DNA of 64,000 nt from Candidatus Obscuribacteraceae bacterium (GTDB lineage Bacteria > Cyanobacteriota > Vampirovibrionia > Obscuribacterales > Obscuribacteraceae), in the NCBI GenBank assembly GCA_044226015.1, contig JBGAHS010000001.1, positions 992,001 to 1,056,000 of the forward strand. The letters are read 5' to 3'. A program made the position numbers and the translations under genes. Shown here in pieces: positions 28,044-38,049 of the stretch (position 1 is the first letter of the stretch; each line of letters opens with the position of its first letter). The notes beneath the pieces were generated by a model. The model was not told where the DNA came from and did no database searches. It was given only the letters and a program-made list of their open reading frames with translations.

Positions 28044-29390
28044 TTAATGAGCCGTAGTATTTTTAACGGAAATGTCGACTACCCTTTCGTCTTTTCGTAG
28101 TATCTCAGAATAAAGCAAATACATGCGCACCATATTCAGTGCTTCATTGCTCGCCCTCATTCGGATACCGCTTCTGCCCATTCTCGCCGGAAAGAGTTTC
28201 TTTATGACGATGGTCTCCTGTTCACTAGCGAGGCTGATGTACACCAAACCTACGGGCTTTTCGTCTGTTCCGCCATCGGGTCCTGCAATACCTGTAATGC
28301 CTACTCCAATGTCAGCCTTCCCCACTTTTCTTGCGCCTTCCGCCATAGCTTTTGCGCATTGCATGCTAACCGCACCATGTTCTTTCAAAACTTTCTCATC
28401 GACGCCGAGAATTTCTTGCTTTGCCTCGTTAGCATAGGTAACAAGATTCAAGCGAATGAATGTCGAACTTCCTGGAATGTCGGTAAGCCGCTTGCTGACT
28501 AATCCGCCAGTGCATGACTCTGCGGTAGTGAGTGTAAGTTTTCGTTCAGTCAAGAGTCGAGCTACCACCGTTTCGAGAACGTCTTTGTCAATTCCGTAAC
28601 AGAGGAAACCGCTTTCATTTTTGATCTTCTCAATGACAGGAATGGCTATTCGTTTTGCTTCATCGACGGAGCTGGCTTTGGCTGAGACACGCAAGCGGCA
28701 TTCGCCGGTTCCTGCAAGCGGTGCGACCGTTGGATTGGAGCCATTTAAAAGGTCTGCGTATTTTTCAGCCAGATTTGATTCACCTATTCCGAAGTGTTTT
28801 AGTTCTTGCGACCAGACCACCGAAGAATCAAACTCTTTGGCCAGGAACGGAGCTGCAGTCTCTTCCCACATTTTGGTCATTTCAGAGGGCACTCCAGGAA
28901 ATGTGAAAATGTATTTGGGGCGGCTACAATCATCTATGCCAGCGCGCTTCAGTTCTTCTTCTGAGAGCTTCCAGATGATACCAGGAGCGGTGCCCGTAGG
29001 ATTTGCCAGAATGTTGGCACCAGCTGGTCTTGTTGCTTGTTTTTTGTTGGAGTCAACCATCTTGATTCCCAGACCCTGGAAAATGCCCTGTATATGTGCC
29101 AGAACATTCTCGTCGAGCATCATCTGTACTTTAAAGAGTTCTGCAATTGATTCATGTGTGAGGTCGTCCGCAGTAGGTCCTAACCCTCCTGTAGTGATAA
29201 CGACATCAGACCTGTTCAGTGCTAACTTCAGCGTCGAAACGATGCGCTCCATGTTATCGCCGACAGTGCTCTTAAACATGCAGTCGAGACCCAAATTTGC
29301 TAACTCTGTCGAAATAAACTGACTGTTTGTGTCTAAAATCTGTCCTAATAAAAGTTCAGTTCCTATAGAAACAATTTCAGCTGATGGCAT
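28044..29390 (-). CDS. cinA: Competence/damage-inducible protein CinA (MoCF-like plus PncC domains)
   Basis: GTELLLGQILDTN, TGGLGPTADD, PGVPSEM, AESCTGG, TGIAGPDGG. Confidence 0.93.
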   Translation of the reverse strand: MPSAEIVSIGTELLLGQILDTNSQFISTELANLGLDCMFKSTVGDNMERIVSTLKLALNRSDVVITTGGLGPTADDLTHESIAELFKVQMMLDENVLAHIQGIFQGLGIKMVDSNKKQATRPAGANILANPTGTAPGIIWKLSEEELKRAGIDDCSRPKYIFTFPGVPSEMTKMWEETAAPFLAKEFDSSVVWSQELKHFGIGESNLAEKYADLLNGSNPTVAPLAGTGECRLRVSAKASSVDEAKRIAIPVIEKIKNESGFLCYGIDKDVLETVVARLLTERKLTLTTAESCTGGLVSKRLTDIPGSSTFIRLNLVTYANEAKQEILGVDEKVLKEHGAVSMQCAKAMAEGARKVGKADIGVGITGIAGPDGGTDEKPVGLVYISLASEQETIVIKKLFPARMGRSGIRMRASNEALNMVRMYLLYSEILRKDERVVDISVKNTTAH

Positions 29391-29487
29391 GGCTTCTCCT
29401 AAATCTCTGGCACTCCATCTGCGATTTTAGTCATCAATTTATCTAGCAAATCGACGTCAGCTGAGAATTTGTTGCTATTCTTTTTAT

Positions 29488-30168
29488 ATGAATAGTAAGT
29501 TTGCTCCTTTTGCATGTTGGTCTATCGCTGCGGCCGTATTCGGATTGCTGGTATCTCCGGTTGGGTCAGTGGCTTCATCTGACGTGGAAAAGTCGAAGTC
29601 GAAGTTGTCAGAGTTTTGGACTGATGACGAAAAAGACTTCAATCTAGCAATCGAAAACGGCAGTGAATTCAGCAAAGTTTCAGATGATGTCCTGCAGCTA
29701 AAAAAGGGTAGCTTTCTGGTTGAAAGTGAAGGGGCTGTGAGCTTGCGCTTGCCCATGTCAGAGCTGCAATTGAAACCCAAAACGATTATTTTGGTGCGCA
29801 TCACAAACAACAGTGAACGCTTTTTTTGCCTGCTGGATGAAGCCGTGCTGACCGTCTCTGGAAAGTCATTTATTATTCACTGTGGTGAAGAGAGTCTCTT
29901 ATCTGATCACAATCCTCGTCCATCCGAGCTCACAGGCGAGAACGAGGTCTGGGTCAGGCAAGGCATAGGTACGGACATTGCAGATGACAGAAAGTTGGCA
30001 ATGATGGAGTTTTCCATTATTCAAGCAATGGAAAGAGAGCCCTTGCTATATCAAGTGTCTCATTCCAAGCACGGTCATGATCGGGCATTGCGCGACAAGC
30101 TATTGAAAGCCGTTGCGGTCTTGAATTTTGTAACTAACAAGCATGGGCAATATCGGCCCACGAATTAG
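29488..30168 (+). CDS. Hypothetical exported protein, possibly with a FecR-like beta domain
   Basis: Signal-like N-terminus and a beta-rich core LQLKKGSFLVE...IHCGEE. The fold call is tentative. Confidence 0.55.
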   Translation: MNSKFAPFACWSIAAAVFGLLVSPVGSVASSDVEKSKSKLSEFWTDDEKDFNLAIENGSEFSKVSDDVLQLKKGSFLVESEGAVSLRLPMSELQLKPKTIILVRITNNSERFFCLLDEAVLTVSGKSFIIHCGEESLLSDHNPRPSELTGENEVWVRQGIGTDIADDRKLAMMEFSIIQAMEREPLLYQVSHSKHGHDRALRDKLLKAVAVLNFVTNKHGQYRPTN

Positions 30169-30246
30169 AAGACATTAGCCCCCGAATTAGCAAAAGCCGG
30201 TGCCCACGAACAAAGCCGGTCTGGCGTTCTATACCCACAAAGCAAA

Positions 30247-30275
30247 AAAGGTTTGACTCTGCAAACCTTTCTTTG
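30247..30275. terminator. Bidirectional terminator between convergent genes
   Basis: AAAGGTTTG-ACTCTG-CAAACCTTT flanked by A and T runs. Confidence 0.65.
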
Positions 30276-30294
30276 ACTTAATTTATTGCTCTTC

Positions 30295-30510
30295 TTAGGC
30301 GCTTGGGAAGCTGAACGCATGGGGCGCCCATTCTTCGTCACCCTTCGGAATAATCATGCCGCCATGTCCGCCACCGCTCGGTTTGGCTTCCGGCGCATTG
30401 CAATCGTAACTGAAGATAGCCCACAGCCCTATCGCCATGATGCTCCAGAAGCACACCATGAAGAATATTAGCCAGTTGTGAGACGCATCGCTATGATGTT
30501 CGGTACTCAT
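30295..30510 (-). CDS. Small single-TM hypothetical protein
   Basis: GAGG upstream; hydrophobic WLIFFMVCFWSIMAIGLWAIF; ends before a terminator. Confidence 0.6.
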   Translation of the reverse strand: MSTEHHSDASHNWLIFFMVCFWSIMAIGLWAIFSYDCNAPEAKPSGGGHGGMIIPKGDEEWAPHAFSFPSA

Positions 30511-30676
30511 TGACGACCTCTTGTTACCTTTCAGATCTGGATTTTAGTAAACGATTAAAGAATCATACTTATGATAAACCTGCTGACAGCTTAGCGCTAG
30601 CCGGAATTTTCAATTTCAGCGGAAAAAGTTAATCATAAACGGTGAATGACAAAATTGAGGTGCACTTTGCTGATTG

Positions 30677-31597
30677 TCAGGAGATGTTGGCAATCAGTTT
30701 TGTATAGAGTTCCGGGTCAACATTTCCGCCGCTGGCTATAGCAAGCACTTTGCTTCCTCGAAATATAGCCTTGTTTTCCAAAACTGCTGCTAGAGCTAAC
30801 GCACCCGTGGGTTCGACTTTCAAATTTGCCAGAAGGAAAGCTGTGCGGACAGTATTTTCTATAGCTTCATCGTCTACTTCCAGCACTCCTGCTAGATTCC
30901 CATTTAGTATCGCAAAGTTGCGTTTGCCCAGGCTCAGCGTCCTGGCTCCGTCAGCGATGGTTTGTGCCTCTTTGGCAAAACTGACTATTTCCCCTTTTTT
31001 CATTGATTGCGCAGCATCATTAGCAAGGGCTGGTTCTGCCGCATAAACTCTGGTGTGTTCATTTTTTGCTTGGCGAAGACCTTTGATAATGCCCGCGCAT
31101 AATCCGCCACCACCAATGGGGACAACAATATAGTCCAGGTCGGGAAATCTGTTTGCAATTTCAATTCCGAGAGTGGCATTTCCATCTATGACGTAGTCGT
31201 CGTCGTAAGCGCTTGCAATGTATGCTCCAGGATTCTCAGCTGCAAGCTCAGCCACACGCACTGCTCGCGGTTTCACCGTGGTATCAACAAGCTCAACTCT
31301 GGCCCCCCAGTATTTCGTGGAAGCCACTTTTATTGCTGCTGAATTGTGTGGCATCACTATGATGCTCTTTTTGTTTAAGAGTGAACATGCGCATGACAGA
31401 GCTTGTCCAAAGTTTCCAGAAGATGCTGTTATGAGCATTTCGTTTGGGACGCTAGATGCCAAATTGTAAGCTGCTCTAAACTTAAAACTTCCCGTAGTTT
31501 GGAAGGTTTCCGACGCTAATAGAATGTCCAGTCCGCTCTCTTTTTTGAGTCGAGCCGAATTGATGATAGTTGTTGGTTGAATAATTGATTCGTTCAC
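30677..31597 (-). CDS. PLP-dependent threonine/serine dehydratase (serine racemase-like), no regulatory domain
   Basis: FQTTGSFKFRAA (PLP Lys), ASSGNFG, PIGGGGL, TIADG, VEPTGA, SGGN. Confidence 0.88.
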   Translation of the reverse strand: MNESIIQPTTIINSARLKKESGLDILLASETFQTTGSFKFRAAYNLASSVPNEMLITASSGNFGQALSCACSLLNKKSIIVMPHNSAAIKVASTKYWGARVELVDTTVKPRAVRVAELAAENPGAYIASAYDDDYVIDGNATLGIEIANRFPDLDYIVVPIGGGGLCAGIIKGLRQAKNEHTRVYAAEPALANDAAQSMKKGEIVSFAKEAQTIADGARTLSLGKRNFAILNGNLAGVLEVDDEAIENTVRTAFLLANLKVEPTGALALAAVLENKAIFRGSKVLAIASGGNVDPELYTKLIANIS

Positions 31598-32565
31598 TTG
31601 AATTTTTTGATTGCTGAGAGTAGCTCGATCGCTGCATTCATGTTGAAACTGGTTTCTTGTTTTATTGTCTTAGCTTGCTGCGCAGTGTTAATGTCTCTGG
31701 CTGAAGTTTTTTCCGTTCTTAGCGTTTCTGATTTCGCGTCTGCCGACTTTTCTGCAGCCGGTGCGCTTGCCACCTTTGTTGCGCTCATGTTTGTGGCATC
31801 CGTTGCAGCGTCTTTATCCTGTGAGTTTGAAGGCACTGAATTTAGAGCCTTAGCTTCAGAATTAGTTGCATCAGCATCGACATTCGGTACGGACTGGGAG
31901 CTTACGCTTTTCTCGGTTTGAGTACCCGCTGCGCCACCATTGGCGGTGCTTTTAGGTTCGGTGCTTCCCGCGGCTTGCTTAACTGGTGTCAGCCCATAGA
32001 GTAAAACCGTTCTGCCGTTTTCTAGCATGATGCAACCTATGAAACCACCAAACTTCTCACCGTTGCGGTCGTCAGCTGAGCCTAAAACGTATTCGAGTTT
32101 TTCGCCTGCAATATCGAACGAGCCTTTTCCTTCAATGTGCATTTCATTGGAGAGCGCAGGAATGCCTTGGTCAGCCATCTTATCGGCTAAGGTTCTTGCT
32201 GTCTCGTCTCTTCTATCTCCCGGAGGCAGAGAGCTTATGAGGAAGGAAGTTTGGTCTGGCTGATACAAGAGATTGACCATATGAACATTGAACATTGAAC
32301 CTGCGAGTTGGTATTTAAAACCCGGCGGCAAGGTACTGTCGATCTCAGCTATTCTCTCCACGACCTTTGCTATGTAGTTTGGCTGCGAAGCTTGTCGTGC
32401 GACATTCACCGTGTTTGCCACTGTGGAGGTCACCATATACGCTGCCACTGCCCACAAGAGAACCACTAGACCAATAATAAAAGAAGCCCACCAGGGATAC
32501 GATCGAGGTCGTTGCTGATTGCTACGCCCAGTATTTGCACCTTTCATATCTGGCTTATTTGCCAT
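31594..32565 (-). CDS. Hypothetical membrane-anchored protein with a low-complexity Ala/Ser/Thr segment
   Basis: One N-terminal TM helix; co-oriented with folD and overlapping the dehydratase start. Confidence 0.7.
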   Translation of the reverse strand: MANKPDMKGANTGRSNQQRPRSYPWWASFIIGLVVLLWAVAAYMVTSTVANTVNVARQASQPNYIAKVVERIAEIDSTLPPGFKYQLAGSMFNVHMVNLLYQPDQTSFLISSLPPGDRRDETARTLADKMADQGIPALSNEMHIEGKGSFDIAGEKLEYVLGSADDRNGEKFGGFIGCIMLENGRTVLLYGLTPVKQAAGSTEPKSTANGGAAGTQTEKSVSSQSVPNVDADATNSEAKALNSVPSNSQDKDAATDATNMSATKVASAPAAEKSADAKSETLRTEKTSARDINTAQQAKTIKQETSFNMNAAIELLSAIKKFK

Positions 32566-32586
32566 ATTTGGCGGATCACATCCGTG

Positions 32587-33507
32587 TTAGCTAATTTTGC
32601 TTTTGTATGCCTGAACCGTATTCGATAGCAGCATCGCTACTGTCATCGGACCCACACCGCCAGGTACCGGAGTGATGTGGGATGCGAGGTGTTTTGCCTC
32701 TTCGAAATAGACATCACCACAGAGTCTTGATTCGCCTTCTTGCATTTCAACTTTGTGGATGCCTACATCGATAACGACAGCACCTTCTTTTATCCAGCTG
32801 CCTTTGACCATTTCCTGTCTGCCAGCGGCCACAACGAGGATGTCGGCTTCTTTGGCAAGTTTTTCCAGCTCAGGACTTTTACTGTGGCATATTTTCACAG
32901 TTGCATTTTTCTCTAGCAACATGATTGCAATAGGTTTTCCAACCAGATTCGAGCGACCAATCACAACTGCGTTTTTTCCTTCAACTGGAATCTGATAGCG
33001 CTTAAGTATTTCGATAATGCCTTGGGGAGTGCATGGTCTCAAACCTTTCTTCCCAGAAAATAATAATCCCATATTCTCTGTATGCAATCCGTCTACATCC
33101 TTTTCCGGAGAGACAGCTTCTAGTATTTGGTCTGTGGGAAGTCCCGCTGGAAGCGGCAATTGAACCAGTATGCCGTCGACATCAGAGCGTCCGTTGAGTT
33201 CTTCAATCAATTTGAAAACGTCATTGCTCGCTACATTTGCTGGCAGCTGAAACAGATGGCTTTCAATGCCTGTTTTCTTGCATGCCAAAACTTTGTTCTT
33301 TACGTAAACATGACTTGCAGGGTTGTCACCAATTAGTACAACAGCCAGGCCAGGTCTGCGTTCTCCTTTGTTGACGAATGACTCGACTTCACGCGCCAAT
33401 TCTTCGCGAATGTCTTTTGCTGTTTTGGTTCCGTCTAAGATAGCCGCTGTTTTGGACTTGTCCTGCACTTGTGACACTGTTGATGTCTCCCTCGGTGAAC
33501 TCATCAA
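32587..33507 (-). CDS. folD: Methylenetetrahydrofolate dehydrogenase/cyclohydrolase
   Basis: GILVQLPLP, KDVDG, PCTPQG, GRSNLVGKP, TPVPGGVGPMT. Confidence 0.95.
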   Translation of the reverse strand: MMSSPRETSTVSQVQDKSKTAAILDGTKTAKDIREELAREVESFVNKGERRPGLAVVLIGDNPASHVYVKNKVLACKKTGIESHLFQLPANVASNDVFKLIEELNGRSDVDGILVQLPLPAGLPTDQILEAVSPEKDVDGLHTENMGLLFSGKKGLRPCTPQGIIEILKRYQIPVEGKNAVVIGRSNLVGKPIAIMLLEKNATVKICHSKSPELEKLAKEADILVVAAGRQEMVKGSWIKEGAVVIDVGIHKVEMQEGESRLCGDVYFEEAKHLASHITPVPGGVGPMTVAMLLSNTVQAYKSKIS

Positions 33508-33601
33508 GAGCCTATTAACGCAGCTGCTTCAGTAAAAGTACAAGGCTGTTTCTATCAGCTGCAAGAAATATCAATATTAATCTTAGAGACAGGCGTGGCC
33601 A

Positions 33602-35194
33602 CTATTTCGAAGAATGTGCCGCTTTCCCCGTGCCGGCTGCTTTTCGAATAGCGGCTGCCTGCGCCTCGAAAGTTTTTGCCTCTGAATTGCTATTGGCTTG
33701 TCTGGCAATATATGCAAGGTTTTGATAGGTTGCTGCCAATAGTTCATTGTCACGCCCAGGTTTTACATATTTCAGCACTGCCTGAAAATGCTTTTGAGCC
33801 TTCAATAATTGTTCAGATTTTATTTCTTGAATGCCTGCTTTGAAATATGCTTTTCCTGCATTTATCGCGTAATTCGGATTTCCCGGCATAATGGCTGTTG
33901 CTTTCTCAAAAAGCGCTGCAGCCTCTAAATATAACCCTGCACCAAATTTGATTGACGCTTCATTGTTCGCCCTGTCTGCAGATTTTTGTGTTTCACTGGT
34001 GGTCTCGAACATTGGGCGATTGCTGCTGCGAGAAGCGTATCGCTCCATTTCGTCACTGGAAAGCGAGTAGAGCATTAAGATCGTGCGCTTGTCTCTTTCG
34101 GAGAGCGCAGCTGGTTTGTCGGCGCTCTTGGTGAACATAAACATGATGTCGCTCGGGTCGCTGCTGTGTCCGCTGAGTCCAAGTGCGTGACCAATTTCAT
34201 GCAAGCTAACACTCTTCATGTTTTTGCTTGAATTGCCTGTACTGTCTACCGTCAGCAGCAGAATCTTTGCGCTCATCAATCGTCCCGTGCTGGCGGTGAA
34301 AAGAGTTTCGCCTTCTTCAAGCTGGCTGGACATGTCTGCTTTATTTGCGGTCCACAAAACGGTAATCAGAGCCTTCTGTGCTGAGTCAACAAATTTGAAC
34401 GAGAAGCGCTGATTAGCTGCACTTGACCAGTTTTGAAATGCATCTATGACATACTGTCTAAATTCTGGCTGATAGCCCCTTGCAGATGATCCATCGGAAA
34501 TGAAAATAGGCACTGGCATTTGTGCTAACCTCCATCTACAGACGCTGACGGAAAGTGTTTCCTCAAGATAGTTGTCTTTTCCTTTGCTATCGGCAAAAAT
34601 ATTTTTGCGCTGATTCTCTTCTTTGAGTGAGTCGATAATTACTTTCACCTGTGCAGCGGTTTTCCTGTCTGGATATAGCCACAAGTATCGCTCGTACTGC
34701 CTAATCGCGTGATCGCGATCTCCATTCATTTGATAAGCATTTCCGAGATTCCAGAGTACGTCTGGGTCATCCGGCAGAGTTCTTGCTGCACCTTCCAGCT
34801 CCCAGATCGCATCCGAAATCTGTCCCATTTCCTTCAGGCAAATCGCATAGTTTATTTTTGCCGGAACAAAATTAGGTAATGCTCGTGATACTTCTTTGTA
34901 GTTTTCCGAAGCCTCGGCATATCTCTTCTGTTGAATCAGGTCTATTCCGGAATTGAACAAATAGCGATACTTTTCAGGAGTTTCCGCTGCCATTATTTTT
35001 CGACTATCATTGGCGGACGTCTGGCACTCACTCAGTGAAGCGGTGAGCGCTACAGTAAATACTGCGATGAGGAAGGCTGTTGCCAGCGTTTTCAATGATG
35101 CGAGTCCTGCCAGTACTTTAAAAACATACCAAGAACCATTGAACATAAAGCTCGGTTCTTTGCCTAATCGCAGAAAAGGGTATTGATTTAACAA
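33602..35194 (-). CDS. TPR - matrixin (M10-like) metalloprotease - TPR protein
   Basis: HEIGHALGLSGHS...DIM (metzincin zinc motif and Met-turn), LSERD, flanking TPRs, hydrophobic leader. Start uncertain. Confidence 0.85.
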   Translation of the reverse strand: MLNQYPFLRLGKEPSFMFNGSWYVFKVLAGLASLKTLATAFLIAVFTVALTASLSECQTSANDSRKIMAAETPEKYRYLFNSGIDLIQQKRYAEASENYKEVSRALPNFVPAKINYAICLKEMGQISDAIWELEGAARTLPDDPDVLWNLGNAYQMNGDRDHAIRQYERYLWLYPDRKTAAQVKVIIDSLKEENQRKNIFADSKGKDNYLEETLSVSVCRWRLAQMPVPIFISDGSSARGYQPEFRQYVIDAFQNWSSAANQRFSFKFVDSAQKALITVLWTANKADMSSQLEEGETLFTASTGRLMSAKILLLTVDSTGNSSKNMKSVSLHEIGHALGLSGHSSDPSDIMFMFTKSADKPAALSERDKRTILMLYSLSSDEMERYASRSSNRPMFETTSETQKSADRANNEASIKFGAGLYLEAAALFEKATAIMPGNPNYAINAGKAYFKAGIQEIKSEQLLKAQKHFQAVLKYVKPGRDNELLAATYQNLAYIARQANSNSEAKTFEAQAAAIRKAAGTGKAAHSSK

Positions 35195-35299
35195 TGTCGA
35201 TCAATCATTCTGACCCAAGGCACTACTGCTAGACTTAATTATTTGCAGGTATTAGTCGAAATGGCGTGGACAACTTCGACCTATTAAGGAGTCTTTGGA

Positions 35300-36025
35300 A
35301 TGACTACCCATATGAATGACTACAGGGGCAAGCGATTTCTTGCGACTGTGAGAAATGGAGACTATGCGCACGCTGGCGAAGAAGAGTCTATACAACTTGC
35401 TTTTGCAGGACTCGACGAAGACCCTACACGTCTAATTCTCGATATGGGCTGTGGCAGAGGTGGAACCGCTTTCTATATCCAATCTCGAGCTTTTGGAAAA
35501 GTCACCGGCATCGACATAGAAGAAGCTTCGATATTGGAAGCGAAATTAAGTTACCCGTCAGTGGAATTTTTGGTTAGCGATGTCGCGGAAATTGGTAAAA
35601 AATTTCCTGCTCACTTTGATCTCGTATATTTGTTCAATGTTTTTTATGCATTTCCTGACACAAATCTTGGAATGGCTAACTTGAGACAAGTCGCGAAGGA
35701 CGGCGCGAAGCTTCTTTTGTTTGACTACCTTGCCTATAAGCCCGAGCTTTATCCAGCTGAGATGCTTGCATTCAGCCCTCCCACCGATGAGCAATTCTCA
35801 GATCTATTCAAAAAAAATAGCTGGCGCGTGGACGAAGCAGTAAATCTTGATAGAAAATATGTCGATTGGTATGCTCGTTTCCTTGAGAGATTTGACAGAC
35901 CTGAAGTTCGCGAGAATTTCGATGCGGAATATATAGAAAGCGCGAGACAGAAATATCTCGCGCTCTACAAGGTTCATGAATCGGGCATCTTTGGTGGGCG
36001 GCTATTCAAATGCACCGCTGTTTAA
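35300..36025 (+). CDS. Class I SAM-dependent methyltransferase
   Basis: ILDMGCGRGG, VTGIDI, FDLV; AAGGAG RBS. Confidence 0.88.
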   Translation: MTTHMNDYRGKRFLATVRNGDYAHAGEEESIQLAFAGLDEDPTRLILDMGCGRGGTAFYIQSRAFGKVTGIDIEEASILEAKLSYPSVEFLVSDVAEIGKKFPAHFDLVYLFNVFYAFPDTNLGMANLRQVAKDGAKLLLFDYLAYKPELYPAEMLAFSPPTDEQFSDLFKKNSWRVDEAVNLDRKYVDWYARFLERFDRPEVRENFDAEYIESARQKYLALYKVHESGIFGGRLFKCTAV

Positions 36026-36063
36026 TTGGATCGCTTAGCAATTTTGCTTTCAATTATCAGCAT

Positions 36064-37383
36064 TCATTGGCTGAAAGCTAATGCTTTTTTAGCGGCTTCA
36101 ACAATGATTCTTGCGGCTGTCGTTCCACTTGCCAGGGAAGCATCTGCAAGGATGTCTTTTTCGCCAACCCAATCGCCACAAAACAGTATGTTTTTTAGAT
36201 CGCTGTTGTGTGCTTCAGGTGCTGAAATACCATTGCTGCCATTTAGAGCAGCAGTTGATATTGTCGAGCTTGCTACCATGTTTGGCAAAAATCTCTTGTA
36301 CACCAGTTCGCTTCTCCATCCGTCTTGCAATTGATCCATGAGAGAGAGCATGGCGTCTTCGTGCTTTTCATTGCCCTGCTCATCTGAATTCAGATAGTAC
36401 CCAAGGCATACCAGGGCGGCTCCTTTCGGTGCTAAATCGGCCGCTGCGGAGTGCACTGAATAATAGAGAGGCGTTTCAAAGCCTAGTGAAAAAGTGATGT
36501 GTTCATTCGGCAATTTCTTCAAGCAGAGGTCAAGGCATGCAATTTTTGCTGGCATGAGCTTTCTCTTTGTCGTGTCATCCACAAGATTTGGCACTAGCTT
36601 TTCAGCAGCTTTGTATGGCAAAGCAAACACTACTCTGTCGAACTCATATTCACTGGTGGCGGTGCCGAGTATTACTGTTCCACTTTCGCCTTGCTTCACT
36701 CTTTTCACTTCCTCGTGAAGGAAGCTAGTTTTTGGACTTAACGCTTTTTCTCGCAACGCTTCTACTATTTGTTGCCAACCACCATGTAGATACAAAACGC
36801 CTTCAGTGATTGAAATCTTCATCTGGCGAATGCTAACTCCGGCCGACAGGTTGTTCGTGTCGTTTGCATAGGAGCCTAGTCTGGCAAGGGCGTGCAAGAA
36901 CTCACTTACTCTCACACTGCTGGTTTTGGACTTGACCCAGTCACCATATTTGGTGCCCATGAAGCTGGATGGGTCAGATGTTGTTATTTCACCCATAATT
37001 ATGCCCAGCTCCATTTTTTCGCTTATGGAGAACAGCTCGGTTCGAGCCATAGCTGGCAGGCTGCGAGGTAGCTCATATTTCTTGCCATCGAGGATGGTCA
37101 CGGCAGAGTCACTCTTGGGCGGATTTCCTTTTGCTTCAATGCTCATTTCATTGAGAAGCCTGAAGCCGGCGGCTCCTTTGTACAACGCGTGAGCACCCTG
37201 GTTAAGCTGATATCCATCCTTCTCTGCAGTAGAAGCTCTGCCCCCAAGCTGTGAAGCCTTCTCGAAAATGCTTATTTCCAGCTCAATGCCATCATTTTTC
37301 ACAGAACGTACAAGCTCTACTGCTGCGGCCAGTCCGGCAAATCCGCCACCAACAATACCTACTCTAAGTGCTTGGGACTTCAT
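36064..37383 (-). CDS. FAD-dependent oxidoreductase (phytoene dehydrogenase/amine oxidase-like)
   Basis: IVGGGFAGLAAA, FEK...LGGRA, NQGAHALY, CGDWVG, ASLASG; AGGAG RBS. Confidence 0.85.
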   Translation of the reverse strand: MKSQALRVGIVGGGFAGLAAAVELVRSVKNDGIELEISIFEKASQLGGRASTAEKDGYQLNQGAHALYKGAAGFRLLNEMSIEAKGNPPKSDSAVTILDGKKYELPRSLPAMARTELFSISEKMELGIIMGEITTSDPSSFMGTKYGDWVKSKTSSVRVSEFLHALARLGSYANDTNNLSAGVSIRQMKISITEGVLYLHGGWQQIVEALREKALSPKTSFLHEEVKRVKQGESGTVILGTATSEYEFDRVVFALPYKAAEKLVPNLVDDTTKRKLMPAKIACLDLCLKKLPNEHITFSLGFETPLYYSVHSAAADLAPKGAALVCLGYYLNSDEQGNEKHEDAMLSLMDQLQDGWRSELVYKRFLPNMVASSTISTAALNGSNGISAPEAHNSDLKNILFCGDWVGEKDILADASLASGTTAARIIVEAAKKALAFSQ

Positions 37384-37427
37384 GGCTCATTCTCCTGGTT
37401 GATTCTGATGATGGTTTGATCTAATCA

Positions 37428-37483
37428 TGGATATTTAGTATCCACAATAGCCAAATGGATGAATTTTAGATAAAATGTATCCA
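37428..37483. promoter_or_regulatory. Two palindromic operators T(G/A)GATA-N5-TATCCA
   Basis: TGGATA-TTTAG-TATCCA at 37428-37444 and TAGATA-AAATG-TATCCA at 37467-37483, between the divergent oxidoreductase and Rrf2 genes. Confidence 0.7.
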
Positions 37484-37485
37484 TA

Positions 37486-37977
37486 ATGAAAATGGGTCAG
37501 GGAGTCGAGTGGTCTATACATTGCTGTGCTCTGCTGGGAGTTCTGCCCCCGGGGCGCAGTCTCAGGCTTGAAAAAATTGCAGAATACTATGACCTTCCTG
37601 TTCCGTACCTGCGAAAACAGTTTCAAGCTCTCTCTCGTTCAGGCATAGTTCAAACCAATACAGGTCCACAGGGCGGCTACAGGCTTGCCCGTCCAAATGA
37701 CGAAATCTCATTGCTCGATATCTATCTGGCTTTGGAAGGGGATGACCCCTGTTTTCGCTGTACTGAGATTCGTCAGCAAGGACCGGCGGCTAAAGGTGAC
37801 TGCAACTATGTATCACCTTGTAGTATTGCAAGTTCAATGTGGAAGGCTGAGGCGGCCTGGCGGAACGAACTGAAAAAGGTGTCCATTACTCAAGTAATAA
37901 ACGATGCTCGTCCGCACATAGACGATGCGCGAATGGCTCGCTCTCAGAAATGGCTTGAAGAAGCTCTTCGCGAATAG
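37486..37977 (+). CDS. Rrf2 family regulator, RsrR-like [2Fe-2S] redox sensor
   Basis: GVEWSIHCC (Glu8, Trp9, His12), GPQGGYRLAR, FRCTEIRQ and PCSIA match the RsrR Glu/His/Cys/Cys ligand pattern. Confidence 0.85.
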   Translation: MKMGQGVEWSIHCCALLGVLPPGRSLRLEKIAEYYDLPVPYLRKQFQALSRSGIVQTNTGPQGGYRLARPNDEISLLDIYLALEGDDPCFRCTEIRQQGPAAKGDCNYVSPCSIASSMWKAEAAWRNELKKVSITQVINDARPHIDDARMARSQKWLEEALRE

Positions 37978-38049
37978 GAAAGGGTCAGGCTAGCTTCGCT
38001 GAAAAAGGAGGGGGAGTTCTTTTGACGTAAAGACCGGAGGAGGCTCTGT

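Noticed and set aside
30156..30220. Three GCCC(A/C)CGAA direct repeats at a gene end
   Set aside because: Short and irregular; most simply a local duplication of the gene 3' end.
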